Assembly: GCA_022707425.1 (NCBI GenBank)
Contig: JAKJAQ010000001.1
Coordinates: 69,089 to 133,088 of the forward strand
Origin: Candidatus Babelota bacterium
GTDB taxonomy: Bacteria > Babelota > Babeliae > Babelales > JACPOV01
Length of the DNA stretch: 64,000 nucleotides
Direction: 5' to 3'
Shown: positions 9,360 to 18,795 of the stretch, piece by piece
How positions within the stretch are numbered: position 1 is the first letter of the stretch
Layout: every line of letters begins with the position of its first letter
The notes under the pieces: generated by a model
What the model saw: the letters and a program-made list of their open reading frames with translations, nothing else
What the model was told of the DNA's origin: nothing
Database searches by the model: none
Program-made: the position numbers and the translations under genes

Positions 9360-9947
9360 TTATTTTTTCTGAAGAAGCTGCGCTTGCTCAAGGGCAAATT
9401 TAATGTCATTAGAAAATGTTGTAATTTCTGAAGCGTTTCTCAGGATGTAGGCAGGGTGGTAAGTTGGAATGATTATCATGCCATTTTGCTCAATTATTTT
9501 ACCGCGAGCTTTGGTTATCTTAAACTCTTTGCCTGTCAGGTGGACAAGCGCAGTTGAGCCAAGAGTGCAAATGACTTTAGGGCGTATAATTTTAATTTGC
9601 TTTTCAAGCAAGAGTTTTTTGCAAGTGGTGCTTTCAAGCTCGGTTGGGGTTCGGTTATCGGGCGGGCGACATTTAACAATGTTAGAAATAAAAACATTTT
9701 CTCTTTTTACCTGATGAGACGCTAAAGTACGCGTTAGTAGTTGGCCAGATCGTCCTACAAAAGGACGGCCTTGAAGGTCTTCATCTCGTCCAGGCCCTTC
9801 GCCAATGAACATTAATCCGGCATCGGGATCTCCTTCGCCAAATACTACATTTTTCCGGCCAAGTGAGCCAAGTGGGCACATTGTGCAATTTTTATATGGT
9901 TCATAAAGTTCGTTCAGGAGCGCTTGTTTATATAATTTAGGATCCAT
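9360..9947 (-). CDS. Uracil-DNA glycosylase, family 4
   Basis: Motifs CTMCPL, GEGPGRDEDLQGRPFVGRSGQLL and HPAYILRN, at the typical ~195-aa size. Confidence 0.85.
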   Translation of the reverse strand: MDPKLYKQALLNELYEPYKNCTMCPLGSLGRKNVVFGEGDPDAGLMFIGEGPGRDEDLQGRPFVGRSGQLLTRTLASHQVKRENVFISNIVKCRPPDNRTPTELESTTCKKLLLEKQIKIIRPKVICTLGSTALVHLTGKEFKITKARGKIIEQNGMIIIPTYHPAYILRNASEITTFSNDIKFALEQAQLLQKK

Positions 9948-10078
9948 AATTGCCTGTAGTTAAAAAGTTTATACAAGGTGAAGTTTAACAAAATTGTCAA
10001 AAATGTATAAAAAAGCGACATGCCGATTTAGTTAATTGTATTTTTTGCAACAACTCGCCAAGATACTTTAGTATCGGT

Positions 10079-11524
10079 TCAAGGAAGTGATAGGTAAGTG
10101 ATCAGGAAATCATACCATTTGTTATTTGCGGCAAATTTTGTGCGATGATACGAAGAGTGCAATGTTCGTTCAGGAAAATAGATCGAAATCCCTTTTGCAC
10201 GATTGAGATTTTTTCCTGTGGCATTAGCTATAACTGCTTTATCAATTAATTTTAACCCAGCCTCCAAACTTTCTCGTAACCCTTTAAGAATGATATTTCC
10301 CTTGCTTAGATCGGTAAATTTAAAGTGCACCAAATTTGCAAGAAGGTTGCTGTAAAGGTGGTGAAAATCAAGATAGCTTGTTTCGTCGAAATGGGTACAA
10401 AGCATTTTGTGTCTGCACGATTTAATAATATCTCTAACGGTAGTTCCATATTGCAAGCTCAGTGATTCATTAAGAAGGGTACCCACAATAGTAAGATTTA
10501 TTTCTAGCGATTCTATGTGTTCTAATGCTATTGCGGATTGGGTGAAATCATTCGTTATGTTAAAATAGGTTTGCTCAAAGGCTTTTACTAGCGTGCGTGC
10601 GCATTCTTTAGGATTAAGTGAGCGTTCTGCTATTGGAGTTAATGCGCGTCGGTAATCATATCCTGGTCCGAGTTCGACTTCTTGTGAGCTTACCATTATT
10701 TCTGCATAATCTTTTACAATATTTGCAATTTCGATCATCGACATTAAGCATGCATCAAATGCAACAATAGTCAGTTTTCTTCCACCTAAAAATCGTTGCG
10801 TTATTTCACGCAGGGCGCGATCAAGTCCTTGGTTGGAAATATAGTGACCAGTGCTATCGTCAAAGCAAATAGCCCGTGGATCATTGTCTTGAATAGCTTG
10901 TACAAAATCAAGAAATGGAATTGTGCGGTCTAGTTCAATCAATTGTGTTTCAGGATTGAAAAAGAATAGCTGCAATGGGTTAATGCTTCGTGGTCTACCA
11001 ATATCGATAATACCAGTGCCATGATTCCAGAGTATTAACATATAATAACGCGCTGGGAAATGTTTAATTCCCCAACCACAAAAATCAATCAATGTTTCCG
11101 GAGAGCCGCTATCCATTCGTTGCGTTGCGGGGTCATTAAGATTTTTTACATTGAGTTTGTCTTTTTCAATATAATAACGCTTTGTTATTTTGTTATGTGG
11201 CCCAATGCGTGTGTCAAGTTGCGTAACAATATTAATGCGCTCATTTGATCCCACATCTGCTTGTTGCTTTAAATTTTTGCGTGCATATGGTGCGAGATCG
11301 TTGTCCGCTGCCATATAGGTAAGAATCGTCCATTCTTTTTGCGCAGTTACGTGTTTTGATTGTTGAATATCTGCATCAATGGCCGGTTCGATTTCAGAGT
11401 TTTCATTGTGATTTTCAATCTGAGCTTCAAGTGATTGGGTGATATGATTAATAGTTGTTGCATTTGCTGTTAACAAAAAAAATACGCATACAATGTACAT
11501 TAAAGATTGAACAGTCCCCATCAT
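10079..11524 (-). CDS. Secreted clostripain-like cysteine peptidase (C11 family)
   Basis: Signal peptide MMGTVQSLMYIVCVFFLLTANA. WTILTYMAADNDL, a catalytic His context LILWNHGTG, and a catalytic Cys context VAFDACLMSMIE. AGGGGAG SD. Confidence 0.7.
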   Translation of the reverse strand: MMGTVQSLMYIVCVFFLLTANATTINHITQSLEAQIENHNENSEIEPAIDADIQQSKHVTAQKEWTILTYMAADNDLAPYARKNLKQQADVGSNERINIVTQLDTRIGPHNKITKRYYIEKDKLNVKNLNDPATQRMDSGSPETLIDFCGWGIKHFPARYYMLILWNHGTGIIDIGRPRSINPLQLFFFNPETQLIELDRTIPFLDFVQAIQDNDPRAICFDDSTGHYISNQGLDRALREITQRFLGGRKLTIVAFDACLMSMIEIANIVKDYAEIMVSSQEVELGPGYDYRRALTPIAERSLNPKECARTLVKAFEQTYFNITNDFTQSAIALEHIESLEINLTIVGTLLNESLSLQYGTTVRDIIKSCRHKMLCTHFDETSYLDFHHLYSNLLANLVHFKFTDLSKGNIILKGLRESLEAGLKLIDKAVIANATGKNLNRAKGISIYFPERTLHSSYHRTKFAANNKWYDFLITYLSLP

Positions 11525-11563
11525 GATAAACTCCCCTAAAAACCCTTATGTAACTAGAATAGA

Positions 11564-12742
11564 TTAATATGGTTTATTAATGGAAGAGTTTTGCAGTTGT
11601 TGCGCATGTATTATTTTTCTAAAATGATTTATCCAAGCTAATAATAATGTAATGCCAAAACTGAGTTGAAAATCTAGAAAAAAAAGTTGTGCAGGATTTG
11701 CAACGAGAACAACAACGGTTATAAGAATGATCGAATGCAGTGTATGGAGTTGTGCATTTTTAAAAAGATATATTTTGTACAGCATGAAGGTTAGAAAAGC
11801 ACGAAAAAAAGAAATACTGTTCCAGGTAAAAATAAAATAAATAAGAGTGATTAAAATAAGAAGAGCTTGTTTAAAAAGAAAAAAGATTGGAATAAAACGC
11901 AATGTATATTCCCACACCATAATAAAAATTACTAAATGAAGTCCTGAACGTGCTAAATAATGTGAAATGCCCCAATATTTACACTGATATTTAAGTTCAT
12001 CATTTTCTTTTTTATTTATTTTTCGATTTCCCAAAAAAAATGATGAAAAAAAAGTAAAACTTGAGCGAGACATTTTTTCTTGCAACGTACTAAAATTATT
12101 TATTTTCTTTTCAAAAAGCATGCGCAAAAATGAGATGGTGGGCCGCTTTATTAGTTTCGCATTATCCATATTTGCAACAGTTGTGCCAACAATTTTTTCT
12201 TTGCAAAAAAATTGCAACAACGATTGCGAAGAAGGCTGTTTAATTTTCACATTCTCTAGCGAAATACTGTCGCTGACGCGAAATGGAACATGTTGCGTAG
12301 TATAAATCAATAAGGATCGATTATTTGTTGCGATATTTTTTTGTGTTTGGCTGAGTTGCGCATTTTCAATTGTGGCACTTATAAGATTCCGAAATCGTGG
12401 GTGATCGATTGTGTTGATATCGTTAATTAAGAGAGTGCAGTTTATTGCTTGTGAACTGATTTGATTCAAAAATTGTTGATACGAATTTAGTTGTTGTTGA
12501 TATAATGTACTTCCCAAAAAAAATGATGGTCCAATTAATAATAAAATGATAAATGGACGCGCAATGCGAATGAAATATAAAATTAAAACGGAAATTGCAA
12601 AGAAAATTAATGAAATAATCAGCGATGCTAGCAATGATTTACCGTAATTAACTAATAAAATCCCGCCGATATATGCCCAAGCAATCCACAGCGATGGTGG
12701 TATAAAAAAAATTAACGAAGATAAGCGAGAAAAATGAAGCAT
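11564..12742 (-). CDS. ComEC/Rec2-family membrane protein, short form without a C-terminal metallo-beta-lactamase domain
   Basis: Polytopic membrane protein with the motif GISHYLARSGLHLVIF. The ORF-track start at 12784 is a TTG, so I prefer the ATG at 12742 (MLHFSRL...). About 390 aa, ending before any beta-lactamase-fold region. Confidence 0.65.
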   Translation of the reverse strand: MLHFSRLSSLIFFIPPSLWIAWAYIGGILLVNYGKSLLASLIISLIFFAISVLILYFIRIARPFIILLLIGPSFFLGSTLYQQQLNSYQQFLNQISSQAINCTLLINDINTIDHPRFRNLISATIENAQLSQTQKNIATNNRSLLIYTTQHVPFRVSDSISLENVKIKQPSSQSLLQFFCKEKIVGTTVANMDNAKLIKRPTISFLRMLFEKKINNFSTLQEKMSRSSFTFFSSFFLGNRKINKKENDELKYQCKYWGISHYLARSGLHLVIFIMVWEYTLRFIPIFFLFKQALLILITLIYFIFTWNSISFFRAFLTFMLYKIYLFKNAQLHTLHSIILITVVVLVANPAQLFFLDFQLSFGITLLLAWINHFRKIIHAQQLQNSSINKPY

Positions 12743-13051
12743 GATTAATACAAGATTATGTGTGTCCCTAAAACAATAATTCAACTATACCAGATTTAAC
12801 AAAAGCGTATACCGATCTTTTTTGCCAATAGTTTGGATTAAATAACTTATGATGAATCAACATATTAGTATAGTGCAACGAACTGGTAAAAATTCAAATA
12901 TGCAATTAGTTAAATACAGTCGGTGATCTATTTTGCCTGTAAAGTTTATAAAAAAGAGCAGTGATTGGATCGTCTTTACAAAAAAACGATTTACTATTAC
13001 GATAAATAATCATCATTTTGCACTTTCTATTGCTGTAGGAGAACATATTCT

Positions 13052-15034
13052 ATGGAATATCTTGGTTATTACGCGATAATTGCTGGAGCTGGATTGCTTG
13101 GTATCGGCGTTATGCTTTATCTGTTTAACAAAATTACGTCGATTCCGGTCGATAACGAAAAAGCAACATCAATTGCACAAGCAATTCGTGATGGTGCAAT
13201 GACTTTTTTGGTTGAAGAGTACAAAATTATTGCAGTTGTTGCTCTTTTGGTTGCGGTAGTCCTTGGATATTTCATGTCTCCATTGGCAGCAGGCGCATTC
13301 ATTTTTGGCGCATTGCTATCTCTTTCTACTGGTTTTATTGGTATGCGCGCGGCCACATTGGCCAATGTGCGTACAACCATGGCTGCAAAAAATAGTGGCG
13401 AATCTGCCGCATTTATGATCGCCTTTTTTGGTGGCGGCGTTATGGGTTTTGCGGTAGCAAGCTTTGGCCTTTTGGGTCTGGGTGCAATTTTTTATTTTTA
13501 CATTGGTAACACCGTATTGCTTTTGCAGTTGCTTACAAGTTTTGCACTTGGCGCCAGCTTAGTTGCATTTTTCGCTCGTGTTGGTGGCGGTATTTATACC
13601 AAATCTGCCGATGTTGGTGCGGATCTTGTTGGTAAAGTTGAAGCAGGCATTCCAGAAGATGATCCACGAAATCCGGCAGTAATTGCAGACAACGTTGGTG
13701 ATAATGTTGGTGATACTGCAGGCATGGGAGCTGATATTTACGAATCGTATGTTGGTGCTACGGTTTCAGCAATTATTTTGGCAACAACAACTCCTACTTA
13801 TAATAATTTTGCTTATTTAATTTTCCCTCTTTTGGTTATTTCATTCGGATTAATTGGTTCAGTAGTTGGCTTGGTAGTTAACTCGTTTTTACCGTTACAT
13901 CCTGCTGCAAAATTGCGCAATGCAAATCTCGTTGCGTCTGCAGTGCTTGTGCTTCTTGTTGGTTTATATTTACATTTTGCCCAAATGGACATGTATTTAC
14001 TTGGCTCAATTATCATTGGCTGCTTGTGTGGCATGATAATCGGTTCAATTACAGAATATTACACTGGTGGAGAGCCTATTAGAAAACTGGCTGATATTTC
14101 ACGCTCTGGAGCTGCAACAAACTTAATATATGGTCTTTCGGTTGGAATGGAATCGGTAGTTGCGCCAGTAGTGATTCTCGTTCTTGCAGTTCTTCTTTCA
14201 TTTTTCTTTGGTGGCGGTGTCTATGGTGTTTCATTGGCTGCATTGGCGATGCTTGCAACCGTTGGTATTTCTATGACGGTCGATGCATATGGCCCAATTG
14301 CTGACAATGCTGGTGGTATTGCTGAAATGTCTGGATTTGGTCCAGAAGTTCGCACTATTACCGATAAACTTGATGCTCTTGGCAACACAACTGCTGCAAT
14401 GGGCAAAGGATTTGCAATTGGTTCTGCATTGTTAACCGCGCTTGCATTATTCTCTGCCTATGCAAAAGAAGCAAATTTGAATGATGTTCTGAATGTTATT
14501 GATCCGTTTGTACTCGCAGGAATGTTTATCGGTGGCGCATTGCCATTTTTAATTTCAGCACTTACGATGCGTTCAGTTGGTAAAGCTGCATTACAAATGG
14601 TCATCGAAGTACGCCGTCAATTTAAAGAAATTCCTGGGTTAATGGAAGGGCGTGCACAACCTGATTACAAACGATGTGTTGCAATTAGTACAAAAGCATC
14701 GCTCCGTGAAATGTTGTGGCCCGGTTTAATTACCCTGACACTCCCCGTGATCATTAATTATCTTATGGGTAAAGCTGCGGTTGGCGGACTGCTTGTTGGT
14801 GCAACGGTAGTTGGTATTATGCTTGCGCTGATGATGTCCAATGGTGGCGGTGCATGGGATAATGCAAAAAAATATATTGAAGCCGGCAATGTTGGCGGTA
14901 AAGGTTCAGATGCACACAAAGCTGCGGTTATCGGTGATACGGTAGGCGATCCATTCAAAGATACCTCAGGTCCATCACTTAATATTTTAATTAAATTAAT
15001 GTCGATTGTTTCACTTTTATTAGTGTCACGATAA
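13052..15034 (+). CDS. hppA: Membrane-bound K+-dependent-type pyrophosphatase (H+/Na+-translocating)
   Basis: GGGIYTKSADVGADLVGKVEAGIPEDDPRNPAVIADNVGDNVGDTAGMGADIYESY. The GNTTAA motif carries Ala, the K+-dependent signature. Also DTVGDPFKDTSGPSLNILIKLM. AGGAGAA SD. Confidence 0.95.
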   Translation: MEYLGYYAIIAGAGLLGIGVMLYLFNKITSIPVDNEKATSIAQAIRDGAMTFLVEEYKIIAVVALLVAVVLGYFMSPLAAGAFIFGALLSLSTGFIGMRAATLANVRTTMAAKNSGESAAFMIAFFGGGVMGFAVASFGLLGLGAIFYFYIGNTVLLLQLLTSFALGASLVAFFARVGGGIYTKSADVGADLVGKVEAGIPEDDPRNPAVIADNVGDNVGDTAGMGADIYESYVGATVSAIILATTTPTYNNFAYLIFPLLVISFGLIGSVVGLVVNSFLPLHPAAKLRNANLVASAVLVLLVGLYLHFAQMDMYLLGSIIIGCLCGMIIGSITEYYTGGEPIRKLADISRSGAATNLIYGLSVGMESVVAPVVILVLAVLLSFFFGGGVYGVSLAALAMLATVGISMTVDAYGPIADNAGGIAEMSGFGPEVRTITDKLDALGNTTAAMGKGFAIGSALLTALALFSAYAKEANLNDVLNVIDPFVLAGMFIGGALPFLISALTMRSVGKAALQMVIEVRRQFKEIPGLMEGRAQPDYKRCVAISTKASLREMLWPGLITLTLPVIINYLMGKAAVGGLLVGATVVGIMLALMMSNGGGAWDNAKKYIEAGNVGGKGSDAHKAAVIGDTVGDPFKDTSGPSLNILIKLMSIVSLLLVSR

Positions 15035-15057
15035 TTAAGAAAAATAAGAAATAAAAA

Positions 15058-15085
15058 AGCCTGGTTTTTATGCCAGGCTTTTTTA
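15058..15085. terminator. Bidirectional intrinsic terminator between convergent hppA and the thioredoxin-like gene
   Basis: AGCCTGG (15058-15064) pairs with CCAGGCT (15073-15079). It is flanked by an A-run upstream and a T-run downstream. Confidence 0.8.
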
Positions 15086-15105
15086 TTACATAAAATTAAA
15101 TTTAT

Positions 15106-15825
15106 TTATGGCACATAAATTGGGCAAGAACCTCTATGTTCTGCTGGAATTGATTGTGCATCTATGTATTCCATTTTTCCTCTGCGTCCACTTACTTCGC
15201 GTGCCGACATTTGACCGCGAACACCAACTGGTTTAGCAGATTTTCTTGGCATTTTTTTCATAGGCATTTCGTCTTGTATCATTTTCGGTTCTTGTTGAGA
15301 CATTTGTTTTTGTGGTCTCATTTTCTTTGGTGACGATTGTTTTTGCGCTGGTTTTTCTTCACGCATCGGTTCTTCATGCATTTTTTGTGCCATTGGTGTA
15401 ATTGCTGCGCGACGACCGTTTAAGCTGCCAAGGTGGCCATTAATTGCGTCTTTTCCAGGATAGCCGCGTACTGAATTTACTTGTTTACCATGAGCATCGA
15501 TGAAGATAAATGTAGGAAGTGCTTGGATCCCATATTGAGTTTTTAAACTTTTTGTAGCTTCAAGATCTGCATCAACAAAGGTAAATATTATTTCTGGATA
15601 ACTTGCGATTAATTCATTCTCAAAATCCGGTGCTGCAATTTTGCATGCGCCGCACCAATCAGCGGTGAACATGATGACAACCGGTTTGCCTTTTGCAAGA
15701 ATTTCATCATGATGACTTTTGCTGGTGATTTTTGTCATTCCTTTAATTGCGACAGCATCAAGTGCTGCTGTGCTCGTTAAAAGAAGAGCGAGTATAGTAG
15801 ATATTTTTAAAAAAAATCTTTTCAT
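15106..15825 (-). CDS. Exported thioredoxin-fold protein with a Met/Lys/Pro/Gln-rich C-terminal tail
   Basis: The start was moved to the ATG at 15825 (MKRFFLKISTILALLL), which is preceded by AAGGAG. Signal peptide, then a WCGACK redox motif. The tail of roughly 100 aa contains about 11 Met. Confidence 0.8.
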   Translation of the reverse strand: MKRFFLKISTILALLLTSTAALDAVAIKGMTKITSKSHHDEILAKGKPVVIMFTADWCGACKIAAPDFENELIASYPEIIFTFVDADLEATKSLKTQYGIQALPTFIFIDAHGKQVNSVRGYPGKDAINGHLGSLNGRRAAITPMAQKMHEEPMREEKPAQKQSSPKKMRPQKQMSQQEPKMIQDEMPMKKMPRKSAKPVGVRGQMSAREVSGRRGKMEYIDAQSIPAEHRGSCPIYVP

Positions 15826-16257
15826 TAAAAAACTCCTTATTAATAAAAAGAGGTGAATAATTTTGATTGAGCTTAGATCAGAACGCAAAAAATCGTCAAT
15901 CATTTAAAAAAAAATTAAAATAAAAAATTAGATTTTTGAAATATTTGCGATTGTTTTTTACAAATAAATTAAGAATATATTTTCATAAAAAAAAGAGCGA
16001 ATTTCCTTTGCGTGAGTGCGGTCGTCATGTTAAAGTATGTTTATGAAATCATTCACGGAAAAATACTCAAAATGTATTAACGCTATTGGTAGCTTTTTCT
16101 AGTTGCCACATTTTTTATTAACATAATGTGTTGAGTGCTCATGAAGTGCCTCTCAAAGGCATGAGTGCATCTTTGTATAAAAAAAGAAGGAGGAGTGAGA
16201 AATTGCGAGTAGTTATGGCAGTAAATTTTTAAAAACGTTGTTGCAAAGAGGGATTTT

Positions 16258-18783
16258 ATGGAAAAATTACTCAATAAGGGGTTGTCGACGATCGTTGGTA
16301 ACAAGGAGAATAACGATCTATTTGTTACCAAGCGTGATGGACGTGTTGAGCAATTGTTGTTGGAAAAAATTCGTTCATGTTTTGAACGTGCAGCTTATGA
16401 TTGTGCTGGTGATATAGCAATCGATTTGCTTGTTGCAGAAACAATTCGCAATATTTATGACAAAATAAATACACAAGAGCTTGAATCAGCTCTTATATTT
16501 GCAGCGGTTGCATTTATTGAGCAAGATCCCTCATATGATAAAGTTGCAACACGATTACTTTTACAAAAAGTGTACCGTGAAGTTATTGGTCATAGTGTTG
16601 AACAAGCAACACTTGTAAACGATTATCAAGATGCGTTCATCAATAGCATTTATCAAGGTGTTAAAGGTGATATTCTCAATCAAAAATTGCTTGAATTTGA
16701 TTTAGAATATTTGTCAAAACAGTTGCGTCCAGAGCGCGATAGTTTGTTTATGTATCTTGGCTTGCAAACATTATATGATCGTTATTTTTATAAAATTGAT
16801 AAAAAGCGATACGAGCTTCCACAAGCTTTTTGGATGCGTGTTGCAATGGGGCTTGCACTTAATGAAACAAACAAAGAAGAAAAAGCTCTTGAATTTTACG
16901 AAATTTTTTCGATGTTGCGTTACATTTCTTCAACACCAACACTTTTTCATTCTGGTTATAAAATTGCACAACTTAGTTCATGCTATTTATCTACAGCAAA
17001 TGATGATTTAGGCCATATATTTAAGGTAATTGGCGACAATGCACAATTAGCAAAATGGGCTGGTGGCATTGGCAATGATTGGACCAACATTCGTGGCACT
17101 GGTGCAATGATTAAAAGCATTCATGCAACAAGTCAAGGTGTTGTTCCTTATCTTAAAATTGTTAACGATGTTGTTGTTGCAATTACGCGCAGTGGTATTA
17201 GGCGTGGTGGCACCTGTGCTTATTTAGAAACATGGCACATTGATATTGAAGAGTTTCTTGATTTGCGACGAAATACTGGAGATGAACGTCGACGAACTCA
17301 TGATATGAATACATCAAATTGGATACCAGATCTTTTTATGAAACGAGTGATGCTCGATCAGGATTGGACATTATTTTCTCCTGAAGAAGTGCCAGATTTG
17401 CATGATCTTTACGGCAAAGCATTTGAAAAACGCTATGAAGAATATGAAGAAAAAGCACGCAACGGCCAAATCAAACTTTTTAAAACAATGTCAGCGCCCA
17501 AATTGTGGCGTAAAATGCTCAGCCGCTTATTTGAAACAGGGCATCCGTGGATTACTTTTAAAGATCCATGTAATGTACGCTCACCACAAGATCATGTTGG
17601 TGTTGTTCACAGTTCAAATTTGTGTACAGAAATTACACTCAACACTTCTGCTGAAGAAACTGCGGTATGTAATCTTGGCTCAATTAACTTATCTGAACAT
17701 GTAATTAATGGAAATCTTGATAAAGAGTTGCTTGCAAAAACGATACGCAATGCAGTGCGCATGCTTGATAATGTTATTGATTCAAATTTTTATCCAACCG
17801 TTGAAGCACGCAATTCAAACATGCGCCACAGACCAATTGGTCTTGGTGTTATGGGCTTTCAAGATGCACTGTATAAACTTGATATTTCGTTTTCATCTGA
17901 AAAAGCTGCATGGTTTGCCGATTATTCACAAGAGCTCATTTCGTACTATGCGATTCTAGCATCATCTGAACTTGCGCGTGAACGTGGTGCATATCCCACC
18001 TACAAAGGTTCAAAATGGGAACGTGGCATTTTGCCATTGGATACAATTATGTTACTTGAACAAGAACGCAGCATGCCAATTGATGTTTCAAAATCGTCTT
18101 CGCTTGATTGGCGTTTCATTCGTGACCATATAAAAGAAAATGGTATGCGTAATTCAAATGTAATGGCAGTGGCGCCAACAGCAACGATTGCAAATATTGC
18201 GGGTTGTTATCCTAGCATTGAACCTATTTACAAAAATATGTATGTAAAATCTAATATTGCTGGTGAATTTACGGTTGTGAATCGCTACTTAGTAAATGAT
18301 TTGAAAAAAATTGGTTTGTGGAACAAATCGATTTTAGAGCAAATGAAATATTTTGATGGCGATATTATGCGTGTGAGTGCAATTCCTGAATATTTAAAAG
18401 AAAAATATCGTGGCGCATTTGAACTTGATCCAATCTGGCTTATTAAAATTACTGCAGCACGTGGCAAATGGATTGATCAAAGTCAATCACATAATGTGTT
18501 CATGAAAGGCGTTTCTGGTAAGAAATTGAACGATATTTACATGACTGCGTGGCAATGTGGATTGAAAACAACGTATTATTTACGAACTCTTGGTGCAACA
18601 CAAATTGAAAAATCAACACTTGGTACCGAATATGGTTTTACACAAAAGAGACAATATTCTGACGTAGATACGTTAGTGCCAAAAATGGAACAACCAGTTG
18701 TAGAACAAATTGAAGAACAAAAATTTGTTGCAAGCGGGTTGACATGTAATCCTTTTGGTAACGAATGTGAATCTTGCCAATAA
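16258..18783 (+). CDS. nrdA: Ribonucleoside-diphosphate reductase large subunit (class I)
   Basis: N-terminal ATP-cone (VTKRDGRVEQLLLEKI), active-site NLCTEI, and a C-terminal Cys pair CESCQ. Followed directly by nrdB. Confidence 0.95.
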   Translation: MEKLLNKGLSTIVGNKENNDLFVTKRDGRVEQLLLEKIRSCFERAAYDCAGDIAIDLLVAETIRNIYDKINTQELESALIFAAVAFIEQDPSYDKVATRLLLQKVYREVIGHSVEQATLVNDYQDAFINSIYQGVKGDILNQKLLEFDLEYLSKQLRPERDSLFMYLGLQTLYDRYFYKIDKKRYELPQAFWMRVAMGLALNETNKEEKALEFYEIFSMLRYISSTPTLFHSGYKIAQLSSCYLSTANDDLGHIFKVIGDNAQLAKWAGGIGNDWTNIRGTGAMIKSIHATSQGVVPYLKIVNDVVVAITRSGIRRGGTCAYLETWHIDIEEFLDLRRNTGDERRRTHDMNTSNWIPDLFMKRVMLDQDWTLFSPEEVPDLHDLYGKAFEKRYEEYEEKARNGQIKLFKTMSAPKLWRKMLSRLFETGHPWITFKDPCNVRSPQDHVGVVHSSNLCTEITLNTSAEETAVCNLGSINLSEHVINGNLDKELLAKTIRNAVRMLDNVIDSNFYPTVEARNSNMRHRPIGLGVMGFQDALYKLDISFSSEKAAWFADYSQELISYYAILASSELARERGAYPTYKGSKWERGILPLDTIMLLEQERSMPIDVSKSSSLDWRFIRDHIKENGMRNSNVMAVAPTATIANIAGCYPSIEPIYKNMYVKSNIAGEFTVVNRYLVNDLKKIGLWNKSILEQMKYFDGDIMRVSAIPEYLKEKYRGAFELDPIWLIKITAARGKWIDQSQSHNVFMKGVSGKKLNDIYMTAWQCGLKTTYYLRTLGATQIEKSTLGTEYGFTQKRQYSDVDTLVPKMEQPVVEQIEEQKFVASGLTCNPFGNECESCQ

Positions 18784-18795
18784 CGAGGAGGACCT

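Noticed and set aside
16100-16135. A search for NrdR-box palindromes upstream of nrdA
   Set aside because: Only partial symmetry is present (AACA-TAATG-TGTT, CACAT-N14-ATGTG). Nothing fits the 16-bp ACAC...GTGT palindrome pair convincingly, so no NrdR site is called.
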